Shown: one piece after another, positions 8,083-17,530 of the stretch | Layout of the letters: the number at the start of each line of letters is the position of its first letter | Numbering within the stretch: the first letter of the stretch is position 1 | Source: an uncultured bacterium | Lineage (GTDB): Bacteria; Methylomirabilota; Methylomirabilia; Methylomirabilales; CSP1-5 | Length of the DNA: 64,000 nt | NCBI GenBank assembly: GCA_964558395.1 | Contig: CAZLDS010000003.1 | Span: 13,830-77,829 of the forward strand | Direction: 5' to 3' | Position numbers and translations under genes: made by a program | Notes under the pieces: model-generated | Told to the model about the DNA's origin: nothing | The model's input: only the letters and a program-made list of their open reading frames with translations | The model's database searches: none

Positions 8083-10467
8083 ATGGATGATCGAACACGG
8101 ACCGGGCTAGAATTTGCCGGAATCCTCGATGTGCTCCGGGGAGCAGCGATCACTCCCTTCGGGAAGGAGCGGGCGTCCGCGGTCGGTCCTCTGGAGAGTC
8201 TGGAGCGCATAGAGGAAGCCCTGGCCGAGGCGGGGGAAGCCAAGGAGCTGCTACTCAGGGGTGCGGAGCCGCCTTACGGAGGAGTGACCGATATCCGGCC
8301 CCACCTCAGGCGCGCCAGAATCGAAGGAGCCTCGCTCGACGCAGGCTCGCTCTGGGATATCCATGAGATCTTGGTGACGGGTGGCCGACTCCGAACCTTT
8401 TTCCAACACGCACAGGACGCGTCGCCCCTCGTCTGGAAGCGAGCGAGCGGCATCTGTGTTCCGGAAGCCCTCTGCGCGGCGATCGAAGCGGCCATTACAT
8501 CAGACGGAGAGGTAATCGACGCGGCCAGCCCGAGGTTGCAGGGGGTGCGGCAGAAACTGCGCGCCCTGCGGGTCGCCATCATCGCGAAACTCGAACGGTA
8601 TCTTGTTGCTCCAGGCTACCAATCGGCCCTCGCCGAACCGATTGTCACCGTCCGCAACGACCGATACGTCATTCCGGTCAAGTCGGCTGCCAAGGCCAAG
8701 CTCCGCGGAATCGTCCAGGATCAATCGGGGAGCGGCCTGACCATTTTCCTCGAGCCGACCCCGGTCGTGGAGATGAACAATCGGCTGCGCATGCTGCGCC
8801 GCCAGGAAAAGGAGGAGGTGGCGAGGGTCCTCCGAGCGCTCACCGCACACGTTGGGCGCGAAGCGGAAATCATCGGGGCGCTCCTGGAATTTCTCGGCGA
8901 GTTGGACCTTCTCATGGCGAAGGGGCGTCTCGCGGTCCGCCTGGGGGCTCACCGTCCCCGGGTGACGCAGGATCGCCGGTTCATCCTGCGTCAGGCTCGC
9001 CATCCCTTCCTCGTGTTGGGCGGTGACGCTGGGCTGAGTGGCGAGGCCGGCACGGCGGGACCCGCGGCGGTGCCAATTGATATTGAAGTCGGCGGCGCTT
9101 TCACCGCGGTGGTCATCACCGGGCCGAACACGGGTGGGAAGACGGTGGCGCTCAAGACCGCTGGTCTTCTAACCGTAATGACCCTGTCGGGCCTCCTCAT
9201 TCCGGCCTCTCCGGACAGCCAGGTTCCCCGATACGAGGCGGTCTTCGCCGACATCGGGGATGAGCAAAGTATTGAACAGAGCCTGAGCACCTTCTCTTCC
9301 CATATGAGCCAGGTGGTCAAGATCCTGGCCCACGCGGGCCATGAGACCCTGGTGCTCCTAGATGAACTCGGGGCGGGGACCGACCCGTCGGAAGGGGCGG
9401 CCCTCGGGATGGCCATTCTCGCGAGCCTCAACGGGCGAGGGGCATCGGTGATCGCGACCACGCATCTGGATGCCATTAAGTCCTTTGCGGCCCTCACCCC
9501 TGGCGTGGAAAACGCCAGTGTGGAGTTCGATGTCCACCGTCTGACGCCGGAGTACCAGGTCCGGCTGGGTCTCCCAGGCAAGAGTTACGGGCTGGAGATC
9601 GCGGGGCGTCTCGGGCTGCCGCAACCGGTCTTGGAAAAGGCACGGGCATTCCTCCCCGAGGGACACCGAAAGACGCAGGCCCTCTTGGAGACCCTCGAGG
9701 TGGACCGCCGACAGGTCGATGGTCTCAGGGCAAAGCTTCAGGAAGAGCTCCGGTGGGCCTCGTCCCTCAGCGGGGAAGCGGAGGAGCTTGTTGTGCGGCT
9801 TCGCGCGGGGGTCAAGGACCTCAAGCGTCGCGTCCGAGAAGAGGCGAGGGCGCTCCTTGCCGAATTCCGTCAGCGCGGGGAGGGCCTGATTGGGGTGCTC
9901 CGGGAACGGGGGGTTCGCCCAGAGGAGGTACGAGTCTTTCGACAGGGGCTCGAGGAGCTGGGGGCGAGGGTTGAGGCGGTGGCGGCACCCCGGGCTGACG
10001 CTTCTCCGGGGGACGGCGAGATTGGCCCGGGCCGGTGGGTGTCCGTCGCGGGCCTCGGGCGGCAAGGGCGTGTCCTAACGCCGGTGTCTCAACAGGGAAC
10101 CGTAGAAGTGGAGCTGAGTGTGGGCAGGGTTCATCTGCCCGTATCCGCGCTCAGCCCCGCTTCTGTCCCGAAGCGGCGCCGCGGCGAGATGCCCTTATTC
10201 GTCGAGAAAATCGAGTCCATTTCTGCCGAAATCAACGTGGTTGGGTGCACCGTAGAAGAGGCGACCCGGCGTCTCGAAAAGTACTTGGATACCGCCTTTG
10301 TCGAGGGGTTTCGACGGGTCAGGGTGATCCATGGCAAGGGGACCGGAGCGCTTCGCAAGGGGGTCCACAAATTCTTGACGGACCACCCCATGGTGGAGGG
10401 GTTTCAGCTGGCCGAGATGAGCGAAGGGGGAATCGGCGCCACCATGGTGGTGCTGAGGGAGCGATAG
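8083..10467 (+). CDS. mutS2: endonuclease MutS2 (MutS ATPase plus C-terminal Smr domain)
   Basis: Walker A motif ITGPNTGGKT, DELGAGTDP, and a C-terminal Smr region (INVVGCTVEEA...VIHGKGTGALR). Confidence 0.9.
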   Translation: MDDRTRTGLEFAGILDVLRGAAITPFGKERASAVGPLESLERIEEALAEAGEAKELLLRGAEPPYGGVTDIRPHLRRARIEGASLDAGSLWDIHEILVTGGRLRTFFQHAQDASPLVWKRASGICVPEALCAAIEAAITSDGEVIDAASPRLQGVRQKLRALRVAIIAKLERYLVAPGYQSALAEPIVTVRNDRYVIPVKSAAKAKLRGIVQDQSGSGLTIFLEPTPVVEMNNRLRMLRRQEKEEVARVLRALTAHVGREAEIIGALLEFLGELDLLMAKGRLAVRLGAHRPRVTQDRRFILRQARHPFLVLGGDAGLSGEAGTAGPAAVPIDIEVGGAFTAVVITGPNTGGKTVALKTAGLLTVMTLSGLLIPASPDSQVPRYEAVFADIGDEQSIEQSLSTFSSHMSQVVKILAHAGHETLVLLDELGAGTDPSEGAALGMAILASLNGRGASVIATTHLDAIKSFAALTPGVENASVEFDVHRLTPEYQVRLGLPGKSYGLEIAGRLGLPQPVLEKARAFLPEGHRKTQALLETLEVDRRQVDGLRAKLQEELRWASSLSGEAEELVVRLRAGVKDLKRRVREEARALLAEFRQRGEGLIGVLRERGVRPEEVRVFRQGLEELGARVEAVAAPRADASPGDGEIGPGRWVSVAGLGRQGRVLTPVSQQGTVEVELSVGRVHLPVSALSPASVPKRRRGEMPLFVEKIESISAEINVVGCTVEEATRRLEKYLDTAFVEGFRRVRVIHGKGTGALRKGVHKFLTDHPMVEGFQLAEMSEGGIGATMVVLRER

Positions 10468-10504
10468 GGATGCCCTGCCTCTCCGGCAGGGCGCTGAGGG
10501 TTCC

Positions 10505-12289
10505 ATGGGATTTATCCCAGAGGAAGTGATCGACCAAGTCTTGAGAACCTCGAATATTGTCGAGGTGATTGAGGGATACGTTCCCCTGAAGCAGAGCGGA
10601 AAATATTACCGGACCCTCTGCCCCTTCCACACCGAAAAGACGCCCTCCTTCACCGTCAATGTCGAGCGTCAGATCTTCTACTGCTTCGGGTGTGGCGAAG
10701 GTGGCGATGTCTTTCGCTTCTTGATGCGGCGGGAGGGGTTTACGTTCCCCGAGGCAGTCCGACATCTCGCGCAGCGGGCCGGGATCACGATCCCGGAGAA
10801 GGGGCGCAGTCGTCAGGGGGACGGCCTCCTGAAGGTGTTCGAGCTGCAGCGCGCGGCGTGTGACTACTTTCGGAAGGCACTCGAAAGCCCGGCGGGGAGC
10901 CAGGCGAAGGAAATGCTGAGTCGGCGGGACGTTGGCACGGAGTTGGTTCAACGCTTCCAGCTCGGGTACGCGGGCCCGGACTGGGAGGGACTGCTGCGTG
11001 AACTCACCAAGCGAGGATTCACCCCGGGTCAGATCGAGGCGGCAGGCTTGGCTCTGCCCAGACAGGGGGGACGGGGATATTACGACCGGTTTCGCGATCG
11101 GCTGATGATCCCCATTGCGGATTCCACCGGCAAGATCGTGGGATTCGGCGGCCGGGCTCTGGGTGATCAACAGCCGAAGTATATGAATTCCCCCGAAACG
11201 GCTGTCTATAAGAAAGGGGTACACCTGTACGGTCTCCATTTGGCAGCCCGGGCAATCCGGGAAGCGAAGGTGGGGCTGATCGTCGAGGGTTACTTCGACG
11301 CTATCTCCCTGCACGGCGCCGGCTTTGCGCAGACCGTCGCCTCCCTCGGGACTGCCTTGACGCGGGACCAGGTGGCCCTGCTTCACCGTTATGCGGACAA
11401 GGCGGTCCTTATTTTTGATCCCGATCCGGCAGGGCTCCAAGCAGCCTGGCGCGGTCTCGAGCTCTTGGTGGCTGCGGATATGGGGGTAGCGGTCGTGGTG
11501 CTTCCGCAGGGAAAGGATCCCGACACCTTCGTCCGGGAGAACGGCAGAGAAGCGCTCCTGGCGCGGGTTGAGGCGGCACAAGACCTGGTTGATTTTCTTC
11601 TGAGCCGGGCGGAAGATCAGACAGGACTGAAGGGTGTAGATGACAAGACAGCTGCCGCCCGGCAGATCTTGCGCCTCATCGCCCAAATGCCGGAGGGGGT
11701 GCGGAGGGCAAAATATATTCAGAAGCTGGCGGAGCGTTTGGGGGTAACCGAGGCGGTGGCCCTGGCCGAACTACACCGTCTCGGTTCCGCGGAGCCACCC
11801 CTCACGGCGGGTCCCCCGCCACCACCGGAGCTCCCACCAGTGGAGAAAACCCTCATCCAGATCTGCCTCCTTTTTCCGGACGTTCGCCCGCTGGTGTGGG
11901 GAACCGTCCGGGGCGAAGCGCTTTCGGCGTCCCCCCTGCGATCTATTTACTGGTTCCTACAAGAATACGCGGGGGAGGAGGAGGGTCTCCCGCGGGCCCT
12001 GAGCCACCATCCCGACCCGGTGGTCCGCCAGGTGGGCACGGAACTGTTTGTCCAGGGCGGCGAAGAGTTTGCCGATCCGCAGCGAGCGGTGCAAGACTGC
12101 CTCATCCGGCTGAGGCTCCAGGAAATTCGGTCACAGCTGAAAAGCGCGCGAGAACAGGGGGATCTTCTTCGGGTGAAAAGGCTGTTGGAGCAGAAACAGG
12201 CCCTGCACAGTGGCCGAATTCCCGAAACGGACTATATTAAGAAAACGAGCACGGAAGGCGTCGCAGACCACAGGGATTCTGCGGGATAA
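10505..12289 (+). CDS. dnaG: DNA primase
   Basis: Zinc finger [13 protein letters not shown]....[11 protein letters not shown] and a TOPRIM region (VEGYFD...DPD.AG). Confidence 0.93.
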   Translation: MGFIPEEVIDQVLRTSNIVEVIEGYVPLKQSGKYYRTLCPFHTEKTPSFTVNVERQIFYCFGCGEGGDVFRFLMRREGFTFPEAVRHLAQRAGITIPEKGRSRQGDGLLKVFELQRAACDYFRKALESPAGSQAKEMLSRRDVGTELVQRFQLGYAGPDWEGLLRELTKRGFTPGQIEAAGLALPRQGGRGYYDRFRDRLMIPIADSTGKIVGFGGRALGDQQPKYMNSPETAVYKKGVHLYGLHLAARAIREAKVGLIVEGYFDAISLHGAGFAQTVASLGTALTRDQVALLHRYADKAVLIFDPDPAGLQAAWRGLELLVAADMGVAVVVLPQGKDPDTFVRENGREALLARVEAAQDLVDFLLSRAEDQTGLKGVDDKTAAARQILRLIAQMPEGVRRAKYIQKLAERLGVTEAVALAELHRLGSAEPPLTAGPPPPPELPPVEKTLIQICLLFPDVRPLVWGTVRGEALSASPLRSIYWFLQEYAGEEEGLPRALSHHPDPVVRQVGTELFVQGGEEFADPQRAVQDCLIRLRLQEIRSQLKSAREQGDLLRVKRLLEQKQALHSGRIPETDYIKKTSTEGVADHRDSAG

Positions 12290-12311
12290 AGCGCGAGGAG
12301 GAACTAGCGAT

Positions 12312-14078
12312 ATGACAGATGAGGGGAGAATCGAAGCGCTCAAGGCCCTCACCACCCTGGGGAAGAAAAAAGGATACTTGACCTACGAGGAGGTCAACAC
12401 CAGTCTCCCAGGAGATATCACCTCCGCCGAACAGATTGATCGGATTCTCGGCTTCTTGGATGAAATGGACATCGAAGTGATCGATGCCCCCCGTGAGGCA
12501 GCAGGATCCGGAACGAAGAAAGTGGCGGAGGCCCCGTTGGGTGGACCCGACGCGGAGGTGGATCTCAGCCCGGCGCCCGTGGGCCGTACCGATGACCCGG
12601 TCCGAATGTATCTCCGGGAGATGGGGAAGACACCACTCCTTTCCCGAGAGGGGGAGATCGGAATTGCCAAACGGATCGAGGAGGGGCGCCGCGAGGTCAG
12701 CGAAGCGGTCTGCCAGGCGGGGATCGCTGTCCGCGAGGTTATCTTCTTGGGGGAACGTCTGATTCAGGGCCGACTTCGGGTCGCGGATCTCGTCGCCCTC
12801 AATGATTTTGACGAGATTTCGGAACAGAAGGAAAAGGAGCTGGTTGGTGAGCTTGCGCCAGCTCTCAAGCAACTCCGGCAGGATCAGGAGAAGATCGAGG
12901 ACCTGACCAAACGGCTCGAGCGGGCTGCAAACCAGGGTAACGTCAGGCGGGAGGAGCGCCTAAGCCATGAGAGCCAGGAGCGAAGGGTCCATCAAGCCGA
13001 CCTCTTGCGGCAACTCAACCTTAACCAACGGGTCATCGAAAGGATTGTTGCCCGCATGAGGAGCATTCTGGAGCGAATTGAGCGGGCCGAGCAGGAGATG
13101 AAAGAGTTCAGGCGCTCCACGCGCTTGAGTGCTCCCAATTTCAAAGTGCTCCGCGATACCGCTTTGGGCAACGGTGTCTCTATGCGGACTCTGGTCCGAC
13201 GGACGAAGTTCTCTCGGGAAAAGCTGGAGGAGCTTTTGCGGCAGATCCAGGTGGTTGGCAGGAAGGTCCAACGGGCAGAGCAAGAAGCTGGCACCAGCTC
13301 GAACGAAATGCGCACCCTGCTCCAGGCCATTGGCCGCGGTGAGCGCAAAGCATTAGGCGCCAAGCGGGAGATGGTGGAAGCTAACCTCCGCCTGGTTATT
13401 TCGATTGCAAAGAAGTACACCAATCGGGGCCTCCAGTTTCTGGATTTGATCCAAGAGGGGAATATTGGTCTCATGCGGGCCGTGGAGAAGTTCGAATACC
13501 AGCGAGGGTATAAGTTCTCCACCTATGCCACCTGGTGGATCCGCCAGGCCATCACCCGGGCCATCGCGGATCAAGCGAGGACGATTCGGATTCCGGTCCA
13601 CATGATCGAAACAATCAATAAGTTGATCCGCGCATCCCGACAACTGGTGCAGGAGTATGGTCGGGAACCAAGCCCGGAGGAGATCGCTCAGAAGATCGAT
13701 CTTCCCGTAGATAAAGTGCGAAAGGTCCTCAAGATTGCTCAGGAGCCAATCTCGTTGGAGACCCCCATTGGAGAGGAGGAGGATTCGCACCTCGGGGATT
13801 TCATCGAGGACAAGGGAGCGATCTCTCCGCTGGGTGCGTTCATTGGCGTCAACCTGGGGCATCAGACTGACGAGGTCCTGAACACCTTGACCGAACGGGA
13901 GAAAAAGGTTCTGCGCCTCCGTTTCGGGATCGGGGACGGCGTGGACCACACCCTGGAAGAAGTCGGGCAGCAGTTCGATGTAACCCGGGAGCGGATCCGG
14001 CAGATTGAGGCCAAGGCATTGCGCAAGCTTCGCCATCCCACTCGAGGCCGGAAGCTCCGAAGCTTTGTGGAATCCTAA
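12312..14078 (+). CDS. rpoD: RNA polymerase primary sigma factor
   Basis: Regions 1.1-4.2 are present ([80 protein letters not shown]). ATG 12312 follows GAGGAGG, and the track start at 12210 overlaps dnaG. Confidence 0.95.
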   Translation: MTDEGRIEALKALTTLGKKKGYLTYEEVNTSLPGDITSAEQIDRILGFLDEMDIEVIDAPREAAGSGTKKVAEAPLGGPDAEVDLSPAPVGRTDDPVRMYLREMGKTPLLSREGEIGIAKRIEEGRREVSEAVCQAGIAVREVIFLGERLIQGRLRVADLVALNDFDEISEQKEKELVGELAPALKQLRQDQEKIEDLTKRLERAANQGNVRREERLSHESQERRVHQADLLRQLNLNQRVIERIVARMRSILERIERAEQEMKEFRRSTRLSAPNFKVLRDTALGNGVSMRTLVRRTKFSREKLEELLRQIQVVGRKVQRAEQEAGTSSNEMRTLLQAIGRGERKALGAKREMVEANLRLVISIAKKYTNRGLQFLDLIQEGNIGLMRAVEKFEYQRGYKFSTYATWWIRQAITRAIADQARTIRIPVHMIETINKLIRASRQLVQEYGREPSPEEIAQKIDLPVDKVRKVLKIAQEPISLETPIGEEEDSHLGDFIEDKGAISPLGAFIGVNLGHQTDEVLNTLTEREKKVLRLRFGIGDGVDHTLEEVGQQFDVTRERIRQIEAKALRKLRHPTRGRKLRSFVES

Positions 14079-14088
14079 GATCCGCTCT

Positions 14089-14236
14089 CAGCAGTCGGCC
14101 GTCAGCAATTAGAAGAAGCAGTCAGCGGCCAGCCGTCGGGTAGTCAGCTCTATAGCGTAGCGATAGTTGACAGCTGTGGCTGATCGGGGCAGTTTCCCGG
14201 TGCTGATAGCGGACAGGTGATCGCTGATGGCTGCTC
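14089..14236. repeat. GTCAGC/GCTGAT repeat element (degenerate period of about 7, or 21)
   Basis: GTCAGC occurs at 14101, 14121 and 14143 within phased heptamers from 14089. The inverted partners GACAGCTG (14169) and GCTGAT (14179, 14202, 14223) follow. Confidence 0.7.
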
Positions 14237-14240
14237 TTTG

Positions 14241-14316
14241 GGGCCCATAGCTCAGCGGTCAGAGCCACCGGCTCATAACCGGACGGTCCCTGGTTCGAAT
14301 CCAGGTGGGCCCACCA
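14241..14316 (+). tRNA. tRNA with CAU anticodon (elongator Met or lysidine-modified Ile2), CCA encoded
   Basis: Folds by hand as a cloverleaf: acceptor GGGCCCA/TGGGCCC, D-arm GCTC-AGCGGTCA-GAGC, anticodon loop CTCATAA, variable loop CGGTC, T-arm CCTGG-TTCGAAT-CCAGG, discriminator A plus CCA. G1-C72 argues against an initiator tRNA. Confidence 0.9.
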
Positions 14317-14321
14317 CCGAT

Positions 14322-14448
14322 AGTTCAGGATATAGAGTTCAAGGTTCGTCGAGGAAGGGGAAAACCGGATCTTTTTGGTGTTGCTTGTTTGCGCGAACCA
14401 TAAACCCTAGACCCTGAACCGGATGCTATGAACCGTGAAATGTGAACT
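14322..14448. repeat. GTTCA/TGAAC heptamer hairpin element
   Basis: Left arm is AGTTCAG GATATAG AGTTCAA GGTTCGT (14322-14349). The core is T-rich. Right arm is GCGAACC ATAAACC CTAGACC CTGAACC GGATGCT ATGAACC GTGAAAT GTGAACT (14393-14448). Confidence 0.85.
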
Positions 14449-14469
14449 AAACGGAGCCGAGGAAGGGAC

Positions 14470-15174
14470 ATGCGGGAGGACCTGGCCCAGATAGTCGGTT
14501 TGCAAAATCTCGATCTGGAGATCGCCAGGATCCAGAGAGAGGTGGAAGAAATCCCGCGGGAGATCACCGAATTGGAGCAACAACTGCAGACCTCCCGAAG
14601 GGAATGGGATCAGGCCCGTGAGCATCTCGCCAGTCTCGAACAGCTCCGTCGGCGTCACGAGCAAGAGTTGGAGGATGTCACTGCGGAGCAACGGAAACGG
14701 CAGGGGCGTCTCTTCGAGATCAAAACGAATCAGGAGTATACCGCGGTTCTGAAAGAGATCGAGGGGCTGAAGGAGCGCCGCTCGAAACTTGAGGATGAGA
14801 TCCTCGAACTTTTTGATCAGATCGAAGCAGGCCAAGGGGCAGTCCGGAATGAGGAATTCCTCGTTCACGAGCGGGAGAAGACATGCAAACAGGAGCGGAC
14901 GGCTAAAGAGGGAGAGCTTCGGCGACTCCAAGTAGGACTGGATCGCCTTCAGGAAGAGCGTCGCCGTCAAGCAGCCCGCGTGGAGGCCGGACTTCTCCAG
15001 ACCTACCAACGTCTGATGCGCAGCCGGGATGGCATCGCCGTGGTACCGGTGAAAGATGGCTCGTGCCTCGGGTGTTACGTCGGTCTCACTCCCCAGACGT
15101 ACAATGAACTCCGTAAGGGGAACGTCCTCCTCACCTGTGCGAACTGTCAGCGGATCCTCTACTGGAAGGGATGA
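14470..15174 (+). CDS. coiled-coil C4 zinc-ribbon protein (DUF164/COG1579 type)
   Basis: A long heptad-rich region is followed by CLGC...(25 aa)...CANC near the C-terminus. This is the typical DUF164 architecture. Confidence 0.7.
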   Translation: MREDLAQIVGLQNLDLEIARIQREVEEIPREITELEQQLQTSRREWDQAREHLASLEQLRRRHEQELEDVTAEQRKRQGRLFEIKTNQEYTAVLKEIEGLKERRSKLEDEILELFDQIEAGQGAVRNEEFLVHEREKTCKQERTAKEGELRRLQVGLDRLQEERRRQAARVEAGLLQTYQRLMRSRDGIAVVPVKDGSCLGCYVGLTPQTYNELRKGNVLLTCANCQRILYWKG

Positions 15175-15175
15175 A

Positions 15176-15775
15176 ATGAATCCGCGACGGCTCGCGAACA
15201 TCCTCGAGGCGATGGCTCGCGCCGAGGGCCTCGCCGTCCTGAGCGGCGAACTCCCCGATTTTTCCCCCGCTGTGCTGAAGAAGGCTCTGAAGGAAGCCGC
15301 TCACTTGCTCCAGCAGATGGCCACGTCGCGTCGCGCTCGTCAATCGGCCCCGCGATCGCTCATCCTTCACATCGATGGGGCGGCTCGGGGTAATCCGGGT
15401 CCAGCGGGGATCGGGGTGGTCCTCTGGGATGAGGCCGGAACTATCCGGGAAGAGCATCAGGCCTACATCGGGAAGGCCACAAACAACATGGCGGAATACG
15501 AGGCCCTCCTCTTCGGCCTCTGGAAGGCGAGAGAGTTGGGCTATACGGCGGTGAAGGTGTTTTCCGACTCAGAGCTCCTCGTACGTCAGGTCCGCGGAGA
15601 ATACCGTGTCAAGCACCCTCGGCTGCGGAAGGTTTATGACCAGGTGGACCAACTCGTGCGCTCCTTCGACGCCTTCGAGATCGACCATGTCCGTCGTGGG
15701 ATGAATACACGGGCCGATCTCCTTGCGAATCGGGCGATTGAGGCTTTCCTGAGCGAGCGCCAGACGGATAATTAA
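15176..15775 (+). CDS. RNase H (type 1) domain protein with an N-terminal extension
   Basis: HIDGAARGNPGPAGIGVV...NNMAEYEALL.GL....LG...V.V.SDSELLV.Q..G.Y.VK...L...... matches the RNase HI DEDD core. ATG 15176 lies 1 nt after the upstream stop. Confidence 0.8.
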   Translation: MNPRRLANILEAMARAEGLAVLSGELPDFSPAVLKKALKEAAHLLQQMATSRRARQSAPRSLILHIDGAARGNPGPAGIGVVLWDEAGTIREEHQAYIGKATNNMAEYEALLFGLWKARELGYTAVKVFSDSELLVRQVRGEYRVKHPRLRKVYDQVDQLVRSFDAFEIDHVRRGMNTRADLLANRAIEAFLSERQTDN

Positions 15776-15797
15776 GCTCATTAGGGGGGAGACAGGA

Positions 15798-16268
15798 ATG
15801 AGTCAATCGGGCTTTACTCCTCTTGAGAAGGCCGTGGAGTTGACCCTAGACCGGCTCGGGCTGGGGATCGGCGTGGCGAATATTGTCATTCACCGTGTCT
15901 GGTCAGAGGTCGTGGGTGAAGAGGTGGCCCGTCGCAGTCAACCCGGTATGCTCAAGAACGGCCGCCTTCAGGTGACGGTCGTTGATGCAGTCTGGCTCCA
16001 GCAGCTCACCATGTTGAAGCCCAGGATCCTTGCGAGCCTGGGGTCTCACTTGGGGACGAGGATAGTCCGCGACATTTTTTTCACCCTCGGGACGCTCTCC
16101 TTTCCTGTCGATCGACCCAGACGCGCTGCTGCGCGTAACCGCGACGGTCTCTCGCCGCAGATGGAGCAACATGTCCAAGAGATACTCCGACCTGTTCAAG
16201 ATGAGGAATGCCGAAAGGTTCTGGGGCGGATTCTGACCAAGGCATGGGAATCTGACGGATCTGACTGA
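15798..16268 (+). CDS. DUF721/DciA-like protein
   Basis: The pattern W..VVGEEVARRSQP..L.NG.L.V.V.DAVW.QQL..LKP.IL..L resembles the DUF721 family. Confidence 0.55.
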   Translation: MSQSGFTPLEKAVELTLDRLGLGIGVANIVIHRVWSEVVGEEVARRSQPGMLKNGRLQVTVVDAVWLQQLTMLKPRILASLGSHLGTRIVRDIFFTLGTLSFPVDRPRRAAARNRDGLSPQMEQHVQEILRPVQDEECRKVLGRILTKAWESDGSD

Positions 16269-16366
16269 TTGTTTTCGTGTGGTATTGTTTCAACAGGGGG
16301 AATGTGGTACAGTGGCAAGAAGATCACAAGAATTGAAGTGGCTTCTGGCTGCTATGCCATAACCAC

Positions 16367-16396
16367 TTGAATTGGAAGGGCGATTTGTAGTAATAT
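16367..16396 (+). promoter_or_regulatory. sigma70-type promoter candidate for lpxC
   Basis: TTGAAT (16367-16372), an 18-nt spacer, then TAATAT (16391-16396), in an AT-rich gap. Confidence 0.4.
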
Positions 16397-16490
16397 CCCT
16401 TCGACTCTGTTGGTATGGGGCTTGCAATGGTGCTCTAAATTCTCGAGGGCGAATGTCGGCTTTGAACGGCAGGTGACGAAAGGGAAAAAC

Positions 16491-17411
16491 TTGGGCCGTC
16501 AGAAGACGATTCGGAGCCCGATCAGCTGTTCCGGCGTGGGACTCCATACGGGGCAGGAAGTGGCCATGACCCTCTCTCCTTCGCCCCCAAACACCGGAAT
16601 CGTTTTCAAGCGAATTGACCTCTCTAATACCCCTGTCGTCCACGCCTGTCCCGAAAACATTCTGGATGTCCACTATGCGACAACCCTCGGTACGGGGGGG
16701 GTCGAGGTCAAGACGGTCGAGCATCTGCTGGCTGCTGTCGCGGGCCTCGGGATCGACAACCTCATCGTGGAGATTTCGGGACCCGAGGTTCCCGTGATGG
16801 ATGGAAGTGCGGCCCCCTTTGTTGACCTCCTCCTTCGGGCGGGGATCCGGAGGTATTACGTCCCTAAAACCTATATCCTCGTGACCAGGCCACTCGTGAT
16901 CGACATGGGGAATCGGAGTATCCAGATTCTTCCCTCCAAACGGTTCCGGGTTCATTATTCGATGTCCTTCAACCATCCCTGCTTTCCCGAGCAATCCATT
17001 GAGCTCCACGTCTCTCGGCGAAACTTTATCAGAAAGATTGCTCCTTCTCGGACCTATGGTTTTCTGCGGGATGTCGAGTACCTGTGGCGACAAGGCTTGG
17101 CGCTTGGTGGGTCCCTAGAAAACAGTGTGGTGATCGGCGACGAGGGTGCGCTCAATGACCTCCGCTTCGGCGACGAGCTTATTCGGCACAAGGTATTGGA
17201 TCTTATCGGTGACCTATACCTTCTCGGGCGGCCGCTCCAGGGGACCGTCGTAGCGAAAGGGGCAGGTCATCTTCTCCACACCAGTCTGGTGAAGGAAATT
17301 CAGCGCCACCTCGAATCGGACCAGGTCTCCCGATGTGTCGTGACGGCCCCTGAATCTTTCCCCCTCCCCGTGGGTGCCTCCCCGAAACCCGTCGGCTTCC
17401 CCGCCCTCTAG
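16491..17411 (+). CDS. lpxC: UDP-3-O-acyl-N-acetylglucosamine deacetylase
   Basis: (M)GRQKTIRSPISCSGVGLHTGQEV aligns with the E. coli MIKQRTLKRIV..TGVGLHTG N-terminus. MDGSAAPF and HK.LD.IGDL motifs are present. The start is uncertain (TTG 16491 or GTG 16473). Confidence 0.9.
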   Translation: MGRQKTIRSPISCSGVGLHTGQEVAMTLSPSPPNTGIVFKRIDLSNTPVVHACPENILDVHYATTLGTGGVEVKTVEHLLAAVAGLGIDNLIVEISGPEVPVMDGSAAPFVDLLLRAGIRRYYVPKTYILVTRPLVIDMGNRSIQILPSKRFRVHYSMSFNHPCFPEQSIELHVSRRNFIRKIAPSRTYGFLRDVEYLWRQGLALGGSLENSVVIGDEGALNDLRFGDELIRHKVLDLIGDLYLLGRPLQGTVVAKGAGHLLHTSLVKEIQRHLESDQVSRCVVTAPESFPLPVGASPKPVGFPAL

Positions 17412-17530
17412 GCCGTTTCTCCTTGTCAGCCTGTTCCGATTTTGGCTATATTTGGTTTCCGCTCTGGTGATGCCCAACGGTCGTCTCGCCCCTTCTTCGG
17501 CACGGTTGGAGCGACCGAGGATCGACGCGA

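Noticed and set aside
10319-11686. 455-aa minus-strand ORF opposite dnaG. Similar long antisense ORFs occur at 45246-46646, 27864-29000, 36994-37953, 48350-49348, 52810-53751, 54623-55585, 17426-18232 and 18302-19114.
   Set aside because: Each lies antisense to a gene with unmistakable conserved motifs. Their translations are Arg/Pro/Gly-rich low-complexity strings without motifs. This is the usual stop-codon-poor mirror frame of high-GC coding DNA.
14167-14195. TTGACA-17-CAGTTT as the tRNA promoter.
   Set aside because: The -10 hexamer matches the consensus at only two positions, and the TTGACA is part of the GACAGCTG repeat core. This is insufficient support.
17360-17411. Apparent C-run periodicity (TCCCCG recurring) in the lpxC 3' tail as another coding heptamer insertion.
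   Set aside because: The spacings are 14 and 19 nt, so they are not phase-consistent. It is more simply a Pro-rich C-terminal tail in GC-rich DNA.
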